Source: Blasia pusilla
Taxonomy: Eukaryota
Assembly (NCBI GenBank): GCA_050084515.1
Contig: CM114271.1
Span: 40,300,001-40,364,000 of the forward strand
DNA: 64,000 nt
Direction of reading: 5' to 3'
Made by a program: the position numbers and the translations under genes. Shown here one piece after another: positions 52,116 through 64,000 of the stretch. Every line of letters starts with the position of its first letter. The first letter of the stretch is position 1. A model generated the notes under the pieces. That model ran no database searches and was not told the DNA's origin. It saw only the letters and a program-made list of their open reading frames with translations.

Positions 52116-55100
52116 TGGCCTGTCCTCCACTACTCTTGAAGACGCTCTACTAGATCTCACCAATCTATCCTAAATGACGTGACAAGTGCGAAGAAGACAA
52201 GAATGACGTTGTATAAAACATTGGGAGAGAATCCCATAAGCCACTTGGGGTTCCCTTAGGTTAGGTAACAAATGAAGCTATTCTACATCTCTCAAAAGGG
52301 CCTCATCCAAGAACTTGAAGACATAGTTGATGAAGCCAATCGAAATCCCAAGAACTCGAACTCCCTCGATGCAAATAAAAAATAGGCGGGGAGAAAATTG
52401 AGGGAAGGTATAAAGGATATCATAACTGACATTTACTAGAATGGAATTTATTTTTTAAGAAAGAGAGTTAAACCATAAAATGGGTATACGTAGGGACCAC
52501 TTTTGAAGGAGGGCCTATAATGTAGGTATCATCAACAATGGAAGGGAAGAAACAAGATGGAAATGCTTGGGCTGGTACTCAAAGGGCATAAAAATATGAA
52601 ATGGTAAAGAGTGGTCCACCCATGGGATTACCTTGACGCGTGCCGCAAGCTTATTCGGTAATACTATATTCCTCGGAAGTAGCATGTTGAGAATAGATAA
52701 TGGTTGTATCGTAGGCATAGAAGGAGGGGGGAAATGGAATAACACTCACAAGTTGTCTTCCTACGCAATGTAATTCCTCAAATATGGCTGCCGTAACGTT
52801 AACCACATTGACTTTAATTGCTACCCATTTTGGATGAATATCAAGAGTGGAGCCAATCCCATGAACAATAGCCTCACAACCACATGGGGTTGTCACTCCA
52901 AATTGATGAGGAAATAAGTGGGCATTGAAGTGAGGATGAAATTGTAAATAGAGGGATCGACTAACCAAGTAGTTTAAAACCTCTTTGATAGCCAAAGGGT
53001 GGACACTATAAGGAGGCTTATCCATAGCCAATAAATGAGTAGCCCCTAAGTGCCTGGAGATAGAGAATGGGAGACGACTTGTTATAATATGTGCACACAC
53101 CTTATATAGAGAGATAAAGCCACCTTCTGAATCTCTCTAGATAAAGTAATTACAAAGATGCTAAAAAACCATGCTTGATACCCCGCCTACTAATAAGCAA
53201 GAAGTATGAAGAAAATCCCTAGTGAAAACCTCCAAGTCAAGATCCATAGTCTTCCACAAAAGATGGTGCATCATCATTTGAAGAGCTTTTAAGAGTTGAA
53301 GAGGTTTTAAGAGTGCCACTATGTCCATACTTGGAACCATTGGAGAGAGAGGATTCAATACTCAAGTTACACATGAAAACTAACCAACTTGCCCAAAAAG
53401 TATACTTTAATCAAAGGTGTTGTATTGAAGGCCTCCTATGACTAGCATGTTTAGTGTATTGAGCCATAACTAAGGCCTCTACTCCAAGTAAATACTCATT
53501 TTGAAGATTCTCCCAATCTCCAAACATAAAGCGTTGAATATACATGGAGGTTTCACAATCATCTTGAGATGACGACTCATCGCACCACCCCTTAAAGGGA
53601 GGACTAAAACCCATTATGGGAAGTGTAGTAGGAGATACCAAACATTGATATTTTTGGGATCAAGCGCTAACCTTTATAATGGGAAAAACAATGCTTGTTA
53701 GGTTATGGAGCGAAGAGCAATAGGAATGCGAGTGTAGAGTCTGGGACAAGGGAGACATGGATGGAAAGAGTGAAGGAGTTCAATTTGGCTTAACCAAGTC
53801 CAAGAAGTTGTTTTGGGGAGTGTAGTAGGAGGTGATATCAGGTTAAGGTTTAAAGGCCCATGCATGGATCAATAGTACCGTTGATGTCTTTTGATCCCAT
53901 TAGGAGAAAACTCCTTACCACAAGGTTAGGTGTGCTACAAACCTTTGGCACAAATGTAGAGGTAGAACCATTACAAGGAGAGGAGGTGGCAGGTGCATGA
54001 GGTGATAATGCACGAGGATGAGGGGGTAAGAAGGTTGGGGAACGAGGAGGAGGAACATGGGAGATAAGGGTAGAAAATATGGGAGTTGGAAGCAATGACA
54101 CAAATGAGATATGTGAGGATGCTAAAGTAGTAGGATTCGATAATAATGGATTGAGATTAGACTCAATAGGAAGAGACAGAGAGGGGAGAAGAGGAAAATA
54201 TGGAAAAAAATGTAGCGAGTATAATGCGTGTATAAGTATTTGGAGGAAAATGACCAGATCTACGATAAGGAGGGGAATTAGGGGGAGAAGTTATGTCATA
54301 GGAGGGCGTTTAAAACCACAAAAGCGAGTAGATGGATTATCCAACTCCATCTCTAATTCCATAAAAGTAAAGCATCCATTTTTATTCTCAATTTTAATTT
54401 TAAAGCTTTTTTATGATGATTTTGAAATACTTTTTTGATTCTCTTATGTAGCTTTTTATGTTGTTTTTGCACTAATCTTGAAATCCTTTGTGATTCTTTC
54501 AAAACAGTTAGAAAACTTTTGCACAATTGCATTTGTGAAGACTTTTACATAAGTAGAAAAGATATATTAAAGCTTCTAGAGGGGCTTTGTAATTCTCATT
54601 TTAGTAGGTCATAGTGACCTACTACCTTGGGGATGACCCATGTATATAGGTCTCCATTGCCGTTATCGGCACTTTTCGAGGAGGTTGCCACTTATTATGT
54701 GTCTTATGACACATTAGTAGGGTTTTGTTTTTTATTATGACGATTGGACCTAAGCGCAAAGTGGGATATGTTATGTGGGGAGGGTATCCTCTTTTGAGAG
54801 GCCTTGCTCTCCTATAATGACTATTACAACATAGTTTGGCTAGTAGACAAAGTTCTATCGTGTTGATTGTGTACGGAGTGACTAATTTATTTGAGCATAA
54901 CTTCATCGTAGAGTCTGACCTCTACTTCTCTTAGCTAGAAGACTTAGATTGAGTTCCAAAGACTCAATCGATTGCACATTTTGTGGGTAGTAGAGAAACT
55001 GCCAAGTGCTAATCGGGTTGAGTTTCCCGCAGTGTGTACCATCTCCCATGTACTTGTGTTTCATATCTCTTATGGATACCGCTTGTCTTGATTCCCCATT

Positions 55101-56789
55101 CAGCATCTCATGGTTGTCTTGCTACCCTTTGTATTTTGTGACTAGTTTCTTGGCGTCTCGATCATCTTGACCACTCATATGTTCTTTGCTTCTCACCCTT
55201 GACTTGATGCTCAACTCCAAGGTCTCAAACCTTGCTTGCTTTGCCTCTGTCCCCACGATTATCTACACCCGTTTCTCGCCTAAGACTAGTCGCAAGACAC
55301 ATGCGCATCTAGACTAGTGTTAGTCCTACGTGCGCCTCCCTTCTTAGTCTCACAACTTGCTAGTTTAGGTTATGACTTTGATGGATCATACCAAGGTCTT
55401 TCCTCCTTAGATCCATGATCAGGACTCGCTTCTCGGATCCCACCTAGTATGGGCACCCTAGAGTTACCTATTCAAGACAAACTTTGTCTTGCATGGTAGG
55501 ATAAGGTTGGTTATATTTCTCTCCCTCTATTTTGCTATTTTAGGCCATATGACATCTTGACCAAGTCAACAATCATCCTAGAACATGTGTGTACAAGTTA
55601 TCGGGTTCTCATTGTTTTAGGTTTTTCCTAATGATATAAAAGGTTTGGAGAGGACTCTCACTAGTCCTCTTTTTCATTTTGAGCCATTGGACCACTTATC
55701 CTTTCAAGGTTTGATAAGAGCTTGCGTCAAAGTGCGGATTTTCCTTATGATGGAGGGTGGATGTGGTTTTATGACTATATGTAGATTTGAGAGTGGTGTT
55801 GGCCAAATGTGTTGTTTTTCCTTCAATTTTGTTACATGGTCTTGGAATATATTTGTGAGGGTAATTTTGTATGTGTACAGAATTACTCGTGTGTTGGAAA
55901 ATCAATATTTTTTCTTGTTTGGATATGAGCAACGATATGTAAGCACACGACATGATAAATGGATTAGGGTGCAAGTGTATTTTCAATTGAATTAAAAATT
56001 GAAACATAAAATAGAATATGATGGTCTTAATTCTCTCCTCACCTGAGCTATCCTCCCTTACCTTTCCTCTCCCCCTCTCATAAACATTCTCCCCTTAACC
56101 AACTCTCTCCCTCAAAATTACAAATGTCAACAATAGGAGGATAAACCACTCCTATGTTAATCTACGTTGTTATGAAGCAATGCCCTCTTGATTTTTGACC
56201 ATCTCCTCTTTTGACCTTCTTGACTAATAAGATGTAAGATCACCTTTGCACTTCAAAACACATAAACATTCGAATGCTAACATTTATTTCCTATAAGGCC
56301 TGTTTGAAAAAGGCAACAAGATCCGGGCAAGTAAAAAAAACGGTTTTCATGAATAAATACCAAAGCCCCCTACATATCATCAAATGTAAAAAATAAGCTA
56401 GAAGGGTCTGTTAATAAGTGCAGGCATGGCGGATTGGGTTCGAACCCTCATGTTGGTTCAATCTTTTGGCTCCTCTTACGGGCTGGACTCCCGAGCTCAA
56501 GCTGCCCCTCCAAGCAATAAATGTATGGAGTCAAATGTTTATGGCTTTTGGTGCACTTGCTTCCTATATAAATGTACACAACTAGCACTAGTGGGGTACT
56601 TATTTCATGTGTTATCCACACGTTCATGAAGAGTACCCCTTCTCGCATCCCTTTCTCTACATTAGTTAGATGAGACTAACCAATTACATGTCCTAAGTAC
56701 ATGTCACAATATGAGAGTAGGGAAATGTTTGTTGTTGAGATGTCTGTCATTCATAATATAGACTAGTTTAGACATGTTAAAATGATTTT

Positions 56790-57256
56790 TTCATAATATT
56801 TTTTATTTCAAATTTTAATTATAATTTCCACTTTCTTAAATCTTAAAAGAGTAATATCATTTCACTTTTAAAATAATTCTTATCCTAAATTAAAATTTAA
56901 AGAATGCCCAACTCTCCCAAATAATTTCACTCCTCCATAAAAGTTTAAAGAATACCTACTCTTCCCCCAAAATAACATCCACTAACTAAATTATTAGTTA
57001 ATAAAATTACTTCATTAATTAAAATTATTGATTTTCCTTTTCCAAAATATAAAAAATGAATTGACATAATTATCTCTAAATGTAATCATATTTTTCATTT
57101 CAAATTGAAATATAATTTCTATTTTCTTAAATATTAAAAGAGTAACAACATTCCACTCTTCTAAGTAATTCCACTCCTCAATTAAAATTTAAATGATATC
57201 CCACGCCCTTAAATAATTCCACCCTTCCATAAAATTTAAACAATATCTACTCCTCT
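56790..57256. repeat. AT-rich ~290-bp-period degenerate duplication
   Basis: ATTTCAAATT..ATAATTTC..TTTCTTAAAT.TTAAAAGAGTAA block at ~56805 and ~57096. Confidence 0.7.
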
Positions 57257-59616
57257 TGATGGTGGGAGGTAGGGAGAAGACTCTCCGATGCTTTTGTCCA
57301 ATCCAAGAGTGTTGAGGGTTGGTGGAATGTCGAGAAGCATGTGACAAACCTCAACAAAGTGAGTATCATTGGTCAAAAAGTCCAAGGCTCAAGGCTTCTA
57401 TGGCTCAAAACTTGTGGTCAAGCAAGAAGAGAATATCTTGCTACGGCGGTTGACCAGGCAATAAACCAGCCGCCGACCTTTATCGAATGCCTCGAAGCCT
57501 TCTAGAGCAGTAAGTCCTTCATGTGCCTTGGTTGAGCATATCATCACTTTTGTAGAGTGCCATTCACCCTCAATTTTTGCGACCCTCATAACCAAACGAA
57601 CACCAAATAGGTGCCAAACGGAACATCATAACTCTAGTGGACTCAGGCTACGATGATCGCGCTTTGGAGAGGCTTTTAGAAAGGTCTTTTGGAAAAGTCC
57701 AGGAGATGCAACGCGGAACAAAGTTGTGCATTTCATGCGTTAGTGGTCAAGAACAAGAAACCTAGACCAAACGCAAACCAAGACTTGAGATGAGTCGAGT
57801 CTTGGAAGGTTGGTTGCCAAAGAGGTGAGAACTAGTTTTGGAACACGAGTAACATTTGGGGAATTTGATTGTGTTTTGGACCATAAAGTTTAGCTCCAAG
57901 ATGCGTTTGAGACAAATAAGGGCGCGTTGGAAAGCTTATCTTGAGATGCTTCCAACGAATTATAGATCTTAGCAAATGCAAAAGTACAAGCTGAGATATT
58001 AGCCAAAAACAACTATGAGAGCAATCGGGTTGAAGGCCAATGTGAGGGGCTTGACTGTCTTTCCCTAAAGTTAAGGGGAGGGTAGAGATCCCCAAAAGTA
58101 CTAGTAAGGGGGAGTCTCTCCAAGGAGTCTTAGAACACAAACCCCACTTTGAGCACCAAACGGCATCTCAAGGGCATGAGATGGAACGGGAGTTTGGCGT
58201 TGGAACTCAAAACCCAAACCTGACCCAAGGGAGTGGACTTCATAAGCTACACTTGGATTCCAACCCGAGATTCATGTTTGTGACTTGTGGCTAGGGACTT
58301 ATTGGATGTCTATTGGAAAGTTGGAACCACCAGGCACAAAATGCCGTTTGAGGTTCCTGAACCGACCATAAAGTTTGTCCCAAGTCTTTCGAGACTTGCC
58401 TATGTTGTAAACTGCGAAACTAGGAAGGTTGAGATTGATGAGAAGCCGAGTCGAGGACTCGGAAAGTAGAACTGTTGATTGATCCAGACCTGAAAAATGT
58501 GAGTACGTGTTTGGATGCAGATCAACATTGAGAGCGTGACTGTCGCAACCCTCATAACCAAACGAGCGCCAAGCGGAACATCCAAACTCTAGCGAGCTCA
58601 CACTAGGATAGTTTGCGCTTTGGGAGTTAGAGAAACACAAGTGCAAGACACAATCGCGGTGAGCATTTCAAGTGTTTCATATGTTTATGGTTGTGACTAA
58701 AGAAATTGGAACCAAAGGCGGAACCCACACTTCAGGAAGATGAATCTCGGAAGGAGACGCGGCCAAGGGTGAGAACCGGACTTGGGGCATGACTAGCGTT
58801 TGGAGTTTTTTATTGTACTTTTAACCATAACTTTTAGTCCTAAGATAAATTTGGGACAAGTAAGGTAGTGTTGAAAAGCTTATGCAGAGCCGATTCCAAC
58901 GCATAAAAGATCTTGGCAAACACTTTAGAAAAAGCCGAGACATGGGCCAAAATCAATTGTATAGGGAGTCGGGTTGAGGACCAAAAAGAGGGGCCTGGGT
59001 GCTCTTTCCCAAAGGTAGGGGGACCCTAGAGATTCCCATAAGTACTAGTAAGGAGGAAGGTCTCCAAGAGTGCTTGGGACTCGAACTCCACTTTGGGCGC
59101 CGCGGGGCGACTCAAGGGCACGGAACGGATCGGGAGTTTTGGCGTTGGGATTTGAAACCCAAACCAAGTCCAAAATAGTGTGGATTTCGGAGATCCCTAT
59201 TGGATTCCAACTCGCAACTCATGTGGTTGATTCTGGGTTGGGGACTCATGCGAGGTTTGTCAGACAGTTGGGTCCACTAGGTGCGCAAACGCCATTTTAG
59301 GTGCCTAGACTAACTAGAAAGTCTGTCCCAAGTCTTGGAAGACTTGCTTGTGTTGGGAACCTAGGAATGAGGGAAGTTTGAGCTTGATGAGATGCCAAGT
59401 CGAGGACTCGGTGGGCTGGAAGGCCGCTTGACCCAAAGCTAGACTAACATGAGTGTGTTTGGGTGCTGGTTGGCAATGAGAGCGCATCCTACTGAACGTA
59501 CTCTTCCGCAACACTAAGATTGACGTTCGAGGAGAGTAGGCACATGACATTGACTTACTAAATGCACACTTCCGCAACAACAAAGATTAACGTTCAAGGA
59601 GAGTAGGCGCACGACA
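57257..59616 (+). repeat. 5' LTR (~2.36 kb) with internal ~965-bp duplication
   Basis: Begins TGATGG and ends ACGACA two nt before the PBS. 57621 onward matches 63759 onward. ACCCTCATAACCAAACGA recurs at ~57582 and ~58548. Confidence 0.8.
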
Positions 59617-59618
59617 CG

Positions 59619-59630
59619 TGGTATCAAAGC
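59619..59630 (+). other. primer binding site, tRNA-iMet type
   Basis: TGGTATCAAAGC, matching the canonical TGGTATCAGAGC at 11/12. Confidence 0.85.
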
Positions 59631-60022
59631 TTGTCCTTGGTAAGCGTGAACTTGGGGTTGTGGAAGATCCGGATGTTTAAGAAGAACTTAAGGTAGCAAG
59701 AAGACGCGACGCTCGAGGAAGAACGCAGGAGACGAGTAGGAGATCTGAGAAAGCGAGGACTCACAAATGGCAACCAAGGGCAAAGAACCAAGGAAGTCGT
59801 GAGTCAAACTAAAAAAATCCGAGAGACAAATCAATGACAGAACGCGAGCCATAGGAATAGGTAGTAACTCCCAAAGTGCCAAGTCCTAGATATGAGGATG
59901 TCCCAAACAAGCATCTTTTCACGAGGCCTTCGGCTCCAAACTAAAATGACCCGGCCTTTTATGTCCAAATGATGGATTTGATGAAGGTGATGATGGACCA
60001 CATGGCCCAATAGAGCAAGCTG

Positions 60023-63000
60023 ATGGTGGAACTCAAGTCGAATGGAGCAAAAATGAACTCACTTTCCACAACGGATGAGTTTAAAAAGAAGGCGATCTTC
60101 TTAATTGGACTCAAGCCTAGCGCCAAAAAGGCCCTCTTTTGTATGCCTCACCTACTAGAGATGTGCGCGGAGCTTTTGAGGCTAGCAGAGCGGATAGGGG
60201 ATGATGAAGTCCAAAGCAAAAAACCCTTTGAGCCGAAAACTTTTCTAACTTACCAAAAAACAAAGGGGCATCCAAGAGGGTTTGGAATGGGGGTGAGCAT
60301 GACCACAGATGGGTCTCTTGCCCCACCAGCAAAACGGGTGGAACTCAACGCGAAGCCAAGAGGGCCGATGTACCCAAAGTCAGCAAACGCAAAAGTGATT
60401 TGCTACACTTGTGGCAATCTGGGGCATATGGCTGGGGAATGTGTGAGGCCCAAGGTTAGTAAACCAAGTATGATTACATTTTTTGCTAAGCACTTATCGG
60501 CGGGAGATCTAGATACATCTCTCCAAGTCACCAAGAGAACCCCCAATTTGGTTTACCTAGGATCCAAGATTTTTGATCGCAATGTAATGTTGCTCGTCGA
60601 TACAGGTGCTTCACACTCCTTCTTGAGCCCGAGAATTATGAAGGCATCAGGATTTCCAACCACTAAGGCGGAAGAACCCATTAGGGTAGGTTTTGCGGGA
60701 GGCAAGTCTCACCAGACCTTTAGAGTTGGTTTTAGGACTAGCTGTGGGATGTGGAGTATTCGAGTTGAAGGAGAATTTCACAATTTGGGATATGGATAGA
60801 ATCAATGAAGTCTTGGGGAACACGTTCTTGGATGCGTATGAGGTGAAATTGAGGCGAAGACCTTTGAGGTTGAGCGTCTTGGTAAACAACAAACGGATGT
60901 ACTTCAAATTGGTTCGTGAGGTTCCTAGAAAGACGGAGTTTGTGAACGCCATCACGAGGATGAGTTTGAGCGAGTTAGAGGAAGGATTCCTTTGCTTGAT
61001 GAGACAAGTAGAGGATGATGCAAGAGCGAGATGCAGAGATCAGAACTCAGCTTCAAGGGAAATCCCTGAAACACTGAAGAGAGTTGTAAAAGAATTTGGA
61101 GATGTTTTGACTAAGGAGCTTCCGACTGAGTTGCCACCACATAGGGCGGTTGATCATAAGATAGAGGTGATACTCGGATCTCAAACACCTTCAAAGGCGC
61201 CATATAAGTTGAATCAAGAAGAACTTGCTAAGTTGAAGAAACAGTTGGGTGAACTCCTAGAGAGGAATTACACCTGAACTAGCAAGTCACCTTATGGAGG
61301 GCCCGTTCTCTTAGTGAAGAAGAAGGATGGAAAGTTGAGACTCGGTGTTAATTATCGGGCACTGAATAAAGTGACGATAAGGAACAACTATCCTCTTCTG
61401 AGGATGGATGGATGACCTCTTTGATCAATTTTCAGGTGCCAAGTATTTCAGCCGGATTGACCTGAAATCAAGATATTATCAGATTCGGATTGTCGAAGCG
61501 GATGTAGAGAAGACTGAGTGTAGGACAAGATACGGTTCGTTTGAGTTTGTGGTAATGCCTTTTGGTTTATGTAATGCGCCTCCCACGTTCACCACTTTGA
61601 TGAAATCCATCTTTCATAAGGAGATGGATAAGTATGGGATCATCTACATAGATGACATACTCATCTATTTGAAAACACAAGAGGAGCATTTGAAGACGGT
61701 GTTTGAGAAACTCAAGGAAAACAGGTTGTATGCGAATGCGGACAAGAGTGAGTTCACTTTGACAAAGATCAAGTTCTTGGTGCATGTGGTTACTGTAGAT
61801 GGAGTGAGTCCAGACATGGAGAAGTTAAGCGCAATTTCCGAATGGGAACCGCCTTCCACTGTGAAGGGGATGAGGAGGTTCATCGGAGCGGTCCAATTTT
61901 ACCGGATATACGTGAAGAACTTTTCAGGAATGGTGAAACCTCTCACAGATTGGACCGCCAAGTTTTCCAACATAACATGGACCAAGGAAGTGGATAAGGC
62001 ATTCAACCGAGTCAAGGAGCTCACAGGAACCAGTTTTAAAGTTGCCGGAGTTCGTCCAACCGTTCGAGGTGCACATTGATCGATGCTAGTAATTCCGCGA
62101 TTGCAGGAATGTTGGTGCAAAAAGGGAGACCTGTAGCATACAAGACCAAGAAGCTTAGCTACACCAAAAGGAGATGGCCCACTCATGAGAAAGAGTTGTT
62201 TGTGGTGGTTCATTGTTTGAGGAAGTGGCGTCACTATTTGTAATTGGGACTTCACAAGACTCGAGTATTCACCGATAACATTTCGCTCAAGTATTTTGAG
62301 ACCCAAGATCGCTTAGCACTGAAGCAACTTTGATGGCATGATACCTTGGCACTGAGGATTGTGGAGCTAATCCACAAGCCGAGGAAATACAATGTCATTC
62401 AAGATGCATTAAGTCCCAGGGATGAGCATATGCCATCGACGACACTAGTCTTGAGAGCAATGTTCCCTAAAGAAACAGACCTTGAAAGAAGGATCTGTGA
62501 AAAATACATGAAGGATGCGCAAGCGAGTGAGTACCTGAGGAAGTTGAAGCGGGGCGAGAAGGTGGCTAATCTAAGTTTGAGGCATGGTGTGCTAAGGTTT
62601 AAGTAGAGCAGGATCTCTGTAGGCCAAGGCAAGCTACAAACCAAAGTGTTTGCAGAATGTCATGACGGACCTTTGGCAAGACACAAAGGGGAGAAATCTA
62701 CTCTTGTTGTTTTGGCCAAGAGGTTCTTCTAGCCCAAAATGAAGGAAGATGTTGCTCAATATGTGAAGACCTACGTGACCTGTCAGGCGAATAAAGTTTC
62801 TTATGCGAAGAAGCAAGGCTTACTTTGTCCTTTGCCGATCCCGGAGGGACCCTTACAAAGCATTAGCATGGATTTCATTACGAGTCCTCAAGAATCTGAG
62901 GGATACAATGCTATACTTTTGATAGTTGATCGGTTTAGCAAGTTAGGGAGGTTTGTGCCGACGAGAGATTCTGCGACGGCCTATACAACTTCCCGACTAT

Positions 63001-63758
63001 TCCTGGATAGTTGGTGGCGAGCTCATGGATTGCCTAGGAGCATTGTATCGGATTGAGATCCGAAGTTTACTAGTGCCTTTTGGAAACATCTATTCATGAG
63101 GTTCAAAACCAAACTTAGCTTTAGTATGGCCTTCCATCCTCAAACGGATGGGCAAACGGAAAAATTAAACTTGGTCGTGAACCAATCCTTAAGGAATTAC
63201 GTGAGTTTGAACCAACGAGATTGGGCAAAGTGGCTAAGTATGGGTGAGTATTGTTACAACTCCACCAAGCATCCTGAAGAGAACCGCGCCAAGTGGCCCT
63301 TACGAGGGGCGCTACATTGGTACACACTCGTCAAGCAACAACGGAATTTTTGTTAGTGGAAATACTAGAATGACAAGAGCAAGCGAGAAGAAGTCTTGCC
63401 AAGGCTCAACTAAGGTACATGAAGCATGCTAACAAGAGTCCGCGCCAAGTGAGTTTCCAAGTTGGGGAACAAGTGTGATTGAGTGTAAAGAATCTCACTC
63501 TTTCGAAGGAATTGTCTGCGAAATTATCAGCCAAGTATGTTGGACCGTATGTGATCAAGGAAAAGCCGTTTGAGGATGTGTATACATTGGAGCTCCCAAA
63601 CAAGTTCAAGATTCACCCGACTTTCCATATGTCATTATTGAAGAAGTGTCTTCAAGACAATGTGCGTCTGAAATGAAGGATTGTGTTGAGAACACAACCG
63701 GTCATAAAAAATGAGGAACAAGAGTTTGAGGTGGAGACCATTCTCCGATCTAGAAGCA
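60023..63758 (+). pseudogene. gag-pol with truncated chromodomain
   Basis: CYTCGNLGHMAGEC knuckle, protease LLVDTGASHSF, RT FSRIDLKSRYYQIR/MPFGLCNAP/YIDDILIY, INT SISMDFIT...FHPQTDGQTE, GPY/F motif KYVGPY..HPTFHMSLLK, and chromo start EQEFEVETILRSR. Many stops. Confidence 0.93.
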
Positions 63759-64000
63759 GAACATCAAAACTCTAGTGGACTCAAGCTACGATGATTGCGC
63801 TTTGGAGAGGCTTTTGGAAAGGTTTCTTGGAAAAGTCCAAGAGACGAAACCCGGAACATATATAGTTATGCGTTTCATACGTTGGTCACAACCAAGAAAC
63901 CTAGACCAAACGCGAACCAAGACTTGAGATGAGTCGAGTCTTGGATGGTTGGTTGCCAAAGAGGTGAGAACCAATTTTGGAACACGACTAGCGTTTGGGG
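63759..64000 (+). repeat. 3' LTR, 5'-truncated
   Basis: GAACATCAAAACTCTAGTGGACTCAAGCTACGATG aligns to 57621 onward with scattered substitutions. Confidence 0.9.

Larger units (their letters stand above)
48229..52184 (-). mobile_element. Ty3/gypsy retrotransposon, internally deleted, with DNMT remnant and C-terminal PHD finger
   Basis: TG...CA termini flanked by AGTG direct repeats (48225-48228 and 52185-52188). Removing the element restores the host frame CTT CGC ACT TGT CCT CCT. Domain order is RT-RNaseH-INT. Confidence 0.9.
46990..54250 (-). mobile_element. CRE-like non-LTR retrotransposon (RT + CCHC knuckle + restriction-like endonuclease), decayed, split by the Ty3 insertion
   Basis: RT: LLAMDKP..VHPLAIKE, PHQFGVTTPCGCEAIVHG, GTRQGNPMGGPL and PSIVDDTYI. 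LLRTCPP is restored across the insertion. AHGGERTATCDVIR is a knuckle remnant, and VVAHP...K..KELSY...FIPFALEVY an RLE. Outer ends are approximate. Confidence 0.75.
57257..64000 (+). mobile_element. Ty3/gypsy chromovirus LTR retrotransposon, decayed
   Basis: 5' LTR, tRNA-iMet PBS, gag-PR-RT-RH-INT-chromo, and a 3' LTR running off the window end. Confidence 0.92.

Noticed and set aside
54600-55570. Possible solo LTR
   Set aside because: The composition is LTR-like, but no convincing TG..CA ends with a TSD and no second copy in the window.

Overview
Repeat-dense eukaryotic nuclear DNA from a plant, probably a non-seed land plant (inferred from the TE repertoire and gene style). It has two intact-looking spliced host genes, both on the - strand: COX5C (45708-46312) and a conserved Cys-rich, probably plastid-targeted protein (24697-26393). 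Most of the rest is nested, decayed transposons: the 5' part of a Ty3/gypsy element (1-3004), a Helitron2/Helentron-type Rep remnant, two related Helitrons (6460-16938 and 28176-37490), a complete hAT element with TIRs and an 8-bp TSD (17758-23543), a MULE/SWIM remnant, a CRE-like non-LTR element and a chromovirus (57257 to window end). The most notable feature is a TSD-flanked Ty3/gypsy insertion (48229-52184). Its pol frame begins with what looks like the C-terminal motifs IX-X of a DNMT3/DRM-like cytosine methyltransferase and ends in a PHD finger, so it would carry both a chromatin writer and a reader. A sibling element sharing its 5' terminus runs off the left edge of the window. All protein assignments are motif recognition by eye; no searches were run.
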